A DNA stretch of 32,000 nt from Desulfocapsa sulfexigens DSM 10523 (lineage in GTDB: Bacteria; Desulfobacterota; Desulfobulbia; Desulfobulbales; Desulfocapsaceae), in contig NC_020304.1 in assembly GCF_000341395.1 (NCBI RefSeq), forward strand, positions 3,480,001 through 3,512,000, in the 5' to 3' direction. Each line of letters opens with the position of its first letter. The stretch's first letter is position 1. Under the pieces are notes generated by a model. That model saw nothing but the letters and a program-made list of their open reading frames with translations. It had not been told where the DNA came from and did no database searches. Shown here piece by piece: positions 19,667 to 29,115 of the stretch. The position numbers and the translations under genes were made by a program.

Positions 19667-20269
19667 TTATTCGCTGAGTGAGGCCAGAGATTTTTCCATC
19701 TTGGTGTTTATTATTCCATTGATATGCTCAACGGTCCAGATTCCATCTTTTCGCACCGCCTTAGTGGCATTTCCAAAACTGATACGAACCTTCTGACTCG
19801 ATACCGCATCAAGTGCTTTTTTGATTCGTTCCTGAACTTTGTCCTTTGTAAGCCCTTCAGCCTCACCAATAGGACCAAGTTCTCTCATGGTCTCGGTAAA
19901 TCCAGTGATATGTTTTACAAACAGAGGTGCTTCAGCAGCCGAAGCCCATTGAAGACTGAAACGCTCCTCCTTAATTCCAACATCTCTGAGTACTTTTTTA
20001 ACAAGTGCATCAACTCCCATCGCATCATAATTACCTACCTGGTAATGACATTCGCCAAGTTGTCAGCCGCCGGTAAAGATAGCGTCGGCTCCTTCAAGGA
20101 AGCCTTTTAACACAAATGATGGGTCAACCCTACCAGTACACATAACGCGAACAGTGCGCAGGTTTGGCGGGTACTGGAAGCGCGAAACCCCTGCTGCATC
20201 GGCGGCTGCATAACAGCACCAGTTGCAGAGGAACCCAAGAATTTTCGGGTTGAATGAATTTTCGGACAT
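19667..20269 (-). CDS. mvhD: MvhD/FrhD-family hydrogenase/Hdr-associated iron-sulfur (delta) subunit, selenoprotein (TGA at 20063-20065 read as Sec)
   Basis: Joined ORFs 20063..20269 and 19667..20020: MSENSFNPKILGFLCNWCCYAAADAAG...VMCTGRVDPSFVLKGFLEGADAIFTGG-[TGA]-QLGECHYQVGNYDAMGVDALV. This matches the GCxxGDCHY motif of the family with Sec replacing the first Cys. 200 aa. Confidence 0.93.
20030..20065 (-). promoter_or_regulatory. UGA (Sec) codon plus candidate SECIS in the mvhD-like gene
   Basis: mRNA: UGA-16 nt-AUUACC-AGGUA-GGUAAU, a perfect 6-bp stem with a G-containing 5-nt loop. On the plus strand the arms are 20030-20035 and 20041-20046. Confidence 0.75.
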
Positions 20270-20318
20270 ATTTTTTCTCCGTATATTACTCTTTTTACGT
20301 ATCTCTATGAATGAGGAA

Positions 20319-23300
20319 TCAAGCTTCTACTTTTTCATCGGTTATTTTATTTCCAAAGGCTTCTATTTGAGAAATCAACTGCTCATTAGTGAAGCCACCC
20401 ATGGAAATAGCAAAAGTTGGGCAATGTGAAGCACAAATTCCACAAGCCTTACAGGAAGCTGAAATGGTTCTTGCTTTACGCTTTTTCCCGACTTTTTCCA
20501 TTATAATTGCGCCATAGGGGCAGAGACTGCTACAAAGGCCACAACCGATACAGTTATCCTGTTCAACACTGGAAACAATCGGATCAACGGTGACAAACCC
20601 CTTAACAAGGGGCATAGCTGCCTTTGCTGCAGCAGCCTGCGCCTGGACAATTGTTTCCTCAACAGGTTTCGGAGCATGGGCGAGTCCGCATATATAGATA
20701 CCGTCAACTGCGGCCTCTACGGGGCGAAGCTTCACATGGGCCTCAAGGAAAAATCCATTGGCATTGACCGGGAGCTTGAGCATCTTGGAAAGCTCATCAG
20801 TTCCATCCGGTACAATTCCTACGGACAAAGTTACCAAATCCGGGTTCATACTTACTTCTTCCTGCATGATAGAATCAAAGAAGTCAACCTGTACTTTGGT
20901 ACCTTTTGAGCTCACAACAGGCCTTCGGTCAGTCTCATAGGGAATAAAAACAACACCCTTCTTTCTCGCCTCAAGGTAAGCATCTTCTGCAAAACCATAG
21001 GTCCGGATATCACGATAAAGAACAATAATCTGGGAGTCAGGATTAATTTCCTTAATCTTCAGAATATTTTTCATCGCATGATTACAGCACACCTTGGAAC
21101 AATAGTTAAGATCCTCACCCCGGGACCCGGCACACTGGATCATCACAATAGAGTTAGGCGCGCGATTCTTAGTTCGTCCGGCAAGCTTCGCTTCAAGCTC
21201 CTGCTGTGTAACAACCTTTTTTGATTTGCCAAGCTCATATAAATCAGGACGGTGCTCGTGGCCACCGGTTGCCACCACTATAACACCGTGGTCATAAACG
21301 GTTTCTTTCTTGTTTTTACCTTTTCCGCTTTCGATCACAGAATTAAAGTTACCGATAAATCCAGATGTCTGGGCGAGGGATCCATCGGTAATAACGGTAA
21401 TCTTTGCTGATTTCTGAACCTTTGCGGTAAGTGTTTTCAAAAAAGTTCCAACCGTATCTCCTGCGAGAGTATTTTTCAGATTCTTTAAATTACCACCAAT
21501 GGAAGGTGATTTCTCAACAAGAATCGACTCAAAGCCCTGATCGGCAAGAGACAATGCAGCAGTCATACCAGCTATTCCACCACCAATGACAAGGGCTTTA
21601 GGGGTAACTGGAACTGTCTGTTCTGGAAGTGGTTGAATATGTGCAGCCTTTGAAACAGCCATACGAACCAGGTCCTTGGACTTTTGTGTCGCAGCTTCAG
21701 GCTCATTGGCGTGTACCCAGGAACATTGATCCCTAATATTCACCATCTCAAAGAGGTTTCTATTCAATCCTGCATCCTTTAACGTCTCCTGAAAAAGTGG
21801 TTCATGTGTTCTTGGAGAACAGGCTGCAATGACAACCCTGTTTAATTTCTGATCTTTGATTGTTTTCTTGATCTGTTCCTGAGCATCCTGAGAGCAGGAG
21901 TAGAGGTTTTCTGTGTAGTAGGCGACATTATCCATTGTCCCGGCATTATCAGCGACATCCGGACAATCGACTACGGAGCTGATATTGATACCACAGTGAC
22001 AAACAAAGACGCCAATCCGTACTTCATCCTCATCTGTTACAGAGAGTTCGCTGGGATATTCCTTGATAATTGTTCCCTTACCTCTCTGTTTTTTCAGGAT
22101 ACTTGCAGCAAGCGCTGCAGCACCGGATGACTGGGTTGCTGACTCTGGAATATCCTTGGGCCCCTGAAATGCACCGGCAACTACAATACCATCCTGAGAA
22201 GTCTGCAGGGGGGTAAAGGAGTTTGTTTTACAAAAATCATATTTATTGAGTTCTATTTTGGTTATATCTGAGATCTTCTGGGCGTCCTTGGGTGACTCAA
22301 GACCGACAGAGAGAACAACCATATCATGGGCATCAAATTTGTGTTGACCATCCAGAGTAGAGTAGGTAAGTCTCAGATGATTCTCCCACGGAGTAACATC
22401 GGCAACTTTTGCACGGACAAACTTAATTCCAATGGCCTCAGCCCGCTCACGAGCTGCATCAAAATCTTTTCCCTGGGTACGGATATCCATGTAGTAGATG
22501 GTAATATCCACCTCGGGATCATGTTCTTTTGTTACAAGGGCTTCCTTAATTGCATACATGCAACAGACAGAAGAGCAGTAGCCATTGTCGCAGCCAAGAT
22601 CCCTTGATCCGACACACTGAATGAATGCCATGGATTTAGGATGACGACCATCGGAGAAACATTTAATCTCACCAAGGAACGGCCCTGAAGCAGTGGTCAT
22701 CCGCTCATACTCATAAGCGGTGACAACGTCTGGATGTTTTCCGTAACTGAATTTTTCAAGAGTTTCATCAGCAATCTTACCAAAACCAGGTGATAGAATG
22801 ACAGCTCCAATCTTGAGGTCCCGTGACTCTGGTTTCTGGCTGAAATTAATTGCATGACTCTGACAGACGGGAACACAGATCTGACAGGTATCATATTGAA
22901 TATGCATGCAGGATGCAGGATCAATATAATAGGTTGCGGGGACAGCCTGTGCATAATCGATATGAATTGGCCTGGTAATGGACAATCCTTCATTATATGC
23001 ATCTGCATGATGCTTTGGACAATACTGGGTGCATAAACCACAGGCAGTACAGGCATCAGCATCAATATAGCGCGGCCGTATGTTCAGCTTTGCTGTAAAA
23101 TTCCCTGGTTTTCCCTCCAATGCAAGAAAGTCAGCATTGGTGATCATTTCAATGTTTGGAGACCGACCGGCCTCTACCAGCTTTGGCGCCAGGATTCAGA
23201 GTGAACAATCATTGGTCGGAAAGGTCTTGTCAAGTTGGGCCATCACACCACCAACAGCTGGTGCTTTTTCGACCAGATAGACATAATAACCAAGGTCGGT

Positions 23301-23387
23301 CATATCAAGAGCAGCCTGGATACCGGCAATTCCCCCGCCGAGTATCATTACAGCTCCTTCCCTCTGTGTTATCGCTTTTCCCATCAC
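20319..23387 (-). CDS. hdrA: HdrA-like flavin/iron-sulfur subunit (about 1022 aa, two FAD-binding modules), selenoprotein (TGA at 23196-23198 read as Sec)
   Basis: Joined ORFs 23196..23387 and 20319..23147: [51 protein letters not shown]-[TGA][22 protein letters not shown]. A second Rossmann motif reads [22 protein letters not shown]. Ferredoxin motifs are [12 protein letters not shown] and [12 protein letters not shown]...[12 protein letters not shown]. Confidence 0.93.
23159..23198 (-). promoter_or_regulatory. UGA (Sec) codon plus candidate SECIS in hdrA
   Basis: mRNA: UGA-21 nt-GAGGCC-GGUC-GGUCUC, 6 pairs including one G-U. An alternative hairpin GCUGG-UAGAGG-CCGGU overlaps it. This is less canonical than the fdhA and cytochrome elements. 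Confidence 0.5.
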
Positions 23388-23484
23388 AATCTCCGGGCTA
23401 ATATTTTTTGTAATTATCTACTTACTTGTTCAACGCAGTTTTTCACCCTGCGAAAAGTACAAATCGTTTTTTTAACTCTCTTCC

Positions 23485-26400
23485 TCAGGCAACTTCAAGT
23501 TTTGTGATCTTGATAGCACAAACCTTGGCCTCGGGAATTTTACATTGTGGATCGAGTGCGTCATTAGTCAACAGATTGGCCGAGGCCTCCTTATAATGAA
23601 AAGGAATAAAAACCAACCCCTTATTAACTCGCTCTGTAATCCTTACAGCAATTTCAATTTCTCCACGTCGTGATGCAGCACGAACCATTTCATTATCAGT
23701 GAGATTCAGGGTAGCAGCATCTAAGGGATTCATTTCGATATAGGCAGATGGAGCAGAACTTTCCAGAACATCTGAACGTCTGGTCATCGTTCCCGTGTGG
23801 TACTGGTACAGAATTCTACCGGTTGTCAGGACAAGCGGATACTCTTCATCAGGATTTTCTGCAGGTCCATTCCAGGTAATGGCGGACAACCACGCCTTAC
23901 CAATCGGAAACCCAGTTTTGTGAAGAATTGGAGTTCCAGGGTGATCAGCTTCCGGACATGGCCAGGCAAGTGACTCTTTTTCAAGTCTTTCATAACTCAT
24001 TCCCGCCATGGCTACCCAGCACTTTGTTATTTCATCAAAGACTTCATTGGCAAAAGGTGGAACGGTATGAAATACAGGGTCACTGCTACCCTGATATCTT
24101 CCATTCTGATTCCCTAGTATCCTGTTACTTACCATATTAATTATTGAAAGATCGTCCCTGGCATCTCCAGGAGGAGGTACGGCGCGCCGAACACGCTGAA
24201 CCTTTCTTTCAGTATTTGCAAACGTTCCATCTTTCTCAGCGAAGGAGGCAGCTGGTAGGACAACGTCTGCAATTTCAGCAGTTTCAGTGAGGAAAATATC
24301 CTGAACAACCAGGCATTCGAGTTTCTCAAAGGCCTTTTTCGCATGACTACTATTGGGATCGCTGAGAACAGGATTTTCACCCATAATCCACAATCCGGCA
24401 ACTTTCCCCTGAAGCATTGCATCACCCATTTCTGTCGCCATAAGACCTGGCTTATTCGTAATTGGGCTTTGCCATATTTCTGAAAACTTTGTACAGGCAG
24501 CTTCGTCATCACAACGTTGATAACCAGGGAAAAACGTTGGAACACAACCCATATCACTGGCCCCCTGAACATTATTCTGGCCACGAAGTGGATTAAGTCC
24601 TGCACCTTCTTTGCCAAGATTTCCTGTTATCACTGCAAGGTTCGCGAGTGAACATACATTATCAGTACCTGAGGTGTGCTGGGTAATACCCATGGTGTAG
24701 TAAATGCCGGCCTTATCAGCCTTCGCAAATGTATGTGCTACTTCCTCGATCAAGGTCACCGGTACATTGGTAATAGCTGCAGCCCATTCAGGGGTACAAT
24801 CAGCAATGGATTTTTTAAAAGCATCAAAATTCTCTGCACGCTCTTCAATGTATTTTTTATCCTCAAGACCGTCACGAAGAATGACATGACACAAAGCATT
24901 AATCAACGCACCATCGGTTCCAGGTTTCTGCTGTACCCAGTGATCTGCTGAGTCACACAATTTAATACGGCGGGGATCCGCAACAATGAGTTTAGAACCG
25001 TTCTTTGCAGCCTCAAGCATGCGTAAGCCGATAATAGGATGTGTCTCTGTTGTGTTGGATCCAATAACCAGCATCACATCACTATCGAGAATACCGTTAA
25101 TGGTGTTAGTCATTGCGCCTGAACCAAGTACTGTGACCAGACCGGTCACCGTTGGGCTGTGTCAGTATCTGGCACAATGGTCAACGTTATTTGTCCCTAT
25201 TCCAGCTCGGAAAAACTTCTGAAAGGCGTAGTTTTCTTCAGTGGTACATCGGGCTGAAGAGAGTCCGGCAAGAGCATCAGGCCCTTTTTCACCGAGAATA
25301 CGGGAAAAGGCTTGGCCCATAAAATCCAGGGCCTCATCCCACTTCACCGGTTCGAGTGGCATCCCCTTCTGTCTGCGAATAAGAGGTGTCTTTAATCGAT
25401 CTGGATGTTGGATAAAATTATGGCCAAATCGTCCTTTAACACAGAGATCACCAAAATTAGGTCCAATCTCAGGATCAGCAGTCACCTCCATGACGGTGTG
25501 ACCTTTCACCTTGAGGATCATTTGACATCCGGTTCCACAATAGGGACAGGTAGTTCTGACCTCTCGAACATCTTCCGCCTGAATAGGCACAATACGATTC
25601 TTTTTATTCAGGGCCCCGGTGGAACAATTCTCAACACATTTACCACAGGAGACGCAATTTTCCTTAAAATCGATAACAAGGCCTACTGGTCTGCCTTTTT
25701 CATCGACAGATTCAGCACGTACTTCAAGTGCGTCATATTCACACGATCGTTCACAACGACCACAGAAAATGCACTTATTTGGGTCGACAGTGATTGCGCG
25801 ATGACTGGTATCAACGGGATAAACAGGTACTGTACCCATTCCGGTTTTATTGATATTGACATTCAGTTCGATATCGAGGCGTTTCAGATCACAACGTTCA
25901 AAGGCGGTGCAGCCACACTTAAGACAACGATCAGCTTCACGTCTTGCCATTTTTTCGGTGAATCCAAGTTTGACTTCATCGTAATCCTGGGTGGAAACTT
26001 CAGGCGGGCGTTCGGGCATTTTCTCACGAAGATTGATTGCAATTTCATCAAAATTCTTGAGGGAGACATCATCAAAGGATTTTCCCCGGGTAAAATTGAA
26101 CCGGTTATCTGCTGGATCCTTTTCACAATTCATCACATAGGCATTGATATTATTGGCAGCCCTTCTTGCAGAAACAACGGCCTGAATAACAGATTTAGAA
26201 CCATTTGCAGCATCACCGCCTGCAAAAACTCCATCAACACTGGTCTCTGAACTTCTGGGATTAGAAACAAACATTCCCGCGGGAGTGATTTTGAGCTGTT
26301 CTTCAAGTTCCCCACCGGAAATAATGCCATTTACTGCCATTTGACCAAGTGAAGAGACAACGGTGTCAACGCCTAAGGAATTGGTTGAGCCAGGTATGGG

Positions 26401-27657
26401 CAGGATATCCCGTTTGCCCTTTTTGTCTGGTTCACCAAGTTTCATCCTGATAAGATCAAGTTTCAGCCGATTGTTTTCATCTGGAACAGCACAAAGCCCA
26501 GAAGGTGAAGCCATAAGAAGAAACTGGACGCCTTCGTTCTCTGCTTCCTTCACATTACGCTGGTTGGCTGGCATCTCAAGGCGAGCCCTAGGGTATACTA
26601 TTGTTACCTGTTCAACACCCTCACGAAGCAGCGACCTAGCTACTTCCATGGCGATGTTATTGCCTCCGATTACTGCGGCAGTGCGACCAAGATCGAGTTT
26701 TCTGCCTTCATTGATCATGCGGAGAAAACTGGTGGCTGTGTAGACATTCTCCTTGTCGGTACAGGGTACGTCAAAGGGAACATCAATGGTTGCACCGATC
26801 CCAATAAAAGTGGCATCAAACCCCATATCTTTGAGGTCCTGCAGGGTGAAATCTTTCCCCCATTTCTGCGACAGCCGAATATTGATTCCCATGCGCAGAA
26901 TAGCGTTGACTTCATAATCAACAATCTCTTTGGGAATCTTGTAATCAGGAAAGCCATAACGAAGTGCGCCGCCAAGTTTAGGGGCAGCTTCAAAGATGGT
27001 AACCTCATGACCTTTTCGGGTCAGGAACCATGCCGCTGTGAGACCAGCTGGGCCTCCACCGATAACTGCGATACGCTTACCGGTTGGTTTATCTTTTGGA
27101 ATTTTCAGATCAATCTCATGACTCATGCACCAGTCGGCAACAAAACGTTTCAAATGATTGATGGATACTGGTTCGTCAATGAGAAGCCGGCGACAGCGGG
27201 TTTCGCAAAAACGGGGACAGACACGGCCAACGGAAAATGGAACAGGATTGCGCTCCATGACAACACGCAAGGCCTCCTCGTATTCTCCTTTTGAAACATG
27301 AGCAATATACGCCTGAACATTGATCTGACCGGGACAAGTGAGATTACATGGAGCCTTGCAATCACCGAAATGCGTCTCGGAGATGATGGCAAGTCGATCC
27401 TGTCTGTGGCTAAAAACCTCCTCAGATTCAGTTTGTATATTCATTCCGTCACGAGCAAGAGTAACACAGGAACGCATTAAATCTTCCTGTCCTTCCACTT
27501 CCACCACGCAGATCTCACATGGGTTAGTAGAAGGTTTTCCTTTCACATGACAGAGAGTTGGGATTCTGATATCAGATCTTTTAGCAACTTCAAGGATGGT
27601 AAGGCCTTCCTCTGCTACTATCTCATTGCCGTTTATAGTCAGTGTAACAGTGCTCAT
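23485..27657 (-). CDS. fdhA: Formate dehydrogenase alpha subunit fused to N-terminal 2Fe-2S and GltD/SfrB-like FAD-NAD(P) oxidoreductase modules, selenoprotein (TGA at 25162-25164 read as Sec)
   Basis: Joined ORFs 25162..27657 and 23485..25149, 1390 aa. Order: 2Fe-2S ferredoxin (CHVKGKPSTNPCEICVVEV), GltD-like region (GKRIAVIGGGPAGLTAAWFLTRKGHEVTIFE), two 4Fe-4S clusters (CIFCGRCERSC, CVSCGKCVENC), FDH core (CPYCGTGCQMIL, NVDHCARY-[TGA]-HSPTVTGLVTVLGSGAMTN, ENPVLSDP). Confidence 0.94.
25133..25164 (-). promoter_or_regulatory. UGA (Sec) codon plus SECIS hairpin in fdhA
   Basis: mRNA: UGA-12 nt-GUGACC-GGUCU-GGUCAC, a perfect 6-bp stem. The loop GGUCU starts after 18 nt, the same geometry as the cytochrome element. 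Confidence 0.88.
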
Positions 27658-27666
27658 GAATTCCTA

Positions 27667-29022
27667 TTAGTTAGAAGGTTTCCATTCTTTCAGGAACACT
27701 GGAAGATGTCCGGCTTCACGAGGTCCAATAATGATATTCCAATCTGGAAGTTCTTCTTCAAGCTCACCTTTAAGTGACGCAAGATAGCCGGGAATGATAA
27801 TATCACGATGTTTGACCTTATCCTCAATGCCACCTTTTTTAACAAACTGAGCAATGAGGTCAGCACCAAATTTTCCAGCTGCCCATGCCGTAAGAACCGA
27901 GAGTCCTTCAGTATCCTTGATAAGCAGCCAGGTTGGAACCTTGGAACCTTCAATCTCACCAGAAACAATAAAGTAGGTAAGCGAAAAGTTACAGGTGATA
28001 ACAACCGGGGAGTTCTCATCGGGTCCAGTAAGTGGATAAATATCCTCTGTAACAACCATGGGACGCTGAGGGTCGGTAAAAATATTCATCCGCTCAAGGA
28101 AAAGCGGAAAGATCAGGTCGCCCTGAAGATCGCCAAGTACTATGATACCTGCATATTTGGCAATGAGCACAGAGGCAACCATCGCTTCAAGCATTGGATC
28201 ATCGGTAATCTCACATGGGAAGGTAATAGTAGGAAACCCAAGAGGTTTAAACTTGGCTTTTACAGCAGAGCGCCTTGCAACCACATTATCCTCAAATGCT
28301 GCACGAAGAGTACGAGCACCGGTATCAATGACCATATCTTTAAGGCCGGCTGCACTGAGCTTTTCAGCAATTTCAACACAGTTATCAAGATTACTTGCCT
28401 TGACACCTACTGGGGCCTTAAAACTGCTGCCAAGCTTTGCCATATCGTCTGCATTATCAAGAGTTGCACCATAAAGCAAAGGCACTCTATCACCGCAGAT
28501 CTTAGCGGCTGCTTCCATATTTGCAGCAGAATCACTCATAAGGATGATGGCAGCACGAGCAGAACCTTCAAGTACCCTCTTGGTGAGAGCAACAAAGGAG
28601 GCTTCATCGTTTTTGGAATCTTTAACAGCAATGAGATCCGCACGCATGATAACTCCAACACGCTCGTATTCGAACTTATTAAAACGCTCAATACGGCCAT
28701 CGACATCAGCATCGCTCATTTCAGTGGTAACGAGAACTGCGATACCTGTCTGATTCTCAAAACGCTTATCATGACGATACATACAGGTCTCGCCACCGGA
28801 GACAAAACTATTATCCTTGGCACCAAGTTTAATGGTGCGTATCGGAGGAGCAGAAGCCTCGCTAATGGTGGCCTTGGCCTCATCGGAAACATAAGGACAT
28901 TCATCAATTTCAACCTGGCCAGCCGCTACTTTCATAGCAAAGGCAAGGCAGGTAGGGATGCTACATTCGCCACAATTTTTCTTGGGCAGCATCTTAAGAA
29001 TTTGAATACCGGTTAAGGCCAT
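27667..29022 (-). CDS. acsC: CO dehydrogenase/acetyl-CoA synthase, corrinoid iron-sulfur protein large (gamma) subunit
   Basis: MALTGIQILKMLPKKNCGECSIPTCLAFAMKVAAGQVEIDECPYVSDEA, followed by a TIM-barrel-like region and a C-terminal MtrH-type/B12 region. It lies next to acsB. Confidence 0.93.
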   Translation of the reverse strand: MALTGIQILKMLPKKNCGECSIPTCLAFAMKVAAGQVEIDECPYVSDEAKATISEASAPPIRTIKLGAKDNSFVSGGETCMYRHDKRFENQTGIAVLVTTEMSDADVDGRIERFNKFEYERVGVIMRADLIAVKDSKNDEASFVALTKRVLEGSARAAIILMSDSAANMEAAAKICGDRVPLLYGATLDNADDMAKLGSSFKAPVGVKASNLDNCVEIAEKLSAAGLKDMVIDTGARTLRAAFEDNVVARRSAVKAKFKPLGFPTITFPCEITDDPMLEAMVASVLIAKYAGIIVLGDLQGDLIFPLFLERMNIFTDPQRPMVVTEDIYPLTGPDENSPVVITCNFSLTYFIVSGEIEGSKVPTWLLIKDTEGLSVLTAWAAGKFGADLIAQFVKKGGIEDKVKHRDIIIPGYLASLKGELEEELPDWNIIIGPREAGHLPVFLKEWKPSN

Positions 29023-29115
29023 GGTGATTCCTCCAGTTATCTATACAATTGGAATTTTGTATGTATTGTAATATTTATTACGTAATATTGAATGTTTCTT
29101 GTAAATCGATCAGAT

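Noticed and set aside
20063-20065. Two small ORFs (20063..20269 and 19667..20020) as independent proteins
   Set aside because: Same frame. Together they form one MvhD-family protein with Sec at the GCxxGxCHY motif.
23196-23198. Separate short ORF 23196..23387 and hdrA starting at 23147
   Set aside because: The short ORF encodes the N-terminal FAD-binding motif, and the frame is continuous across the TGA in the NDCxxC motif.
25162-25164. Interruption of fdhA as a pseudogene or two separate genes
   Set aside because: Formate dehydrogenase alpha subunits commonly have Sec in the CARxUHxPTV motif, and the SECIS here is perfect.
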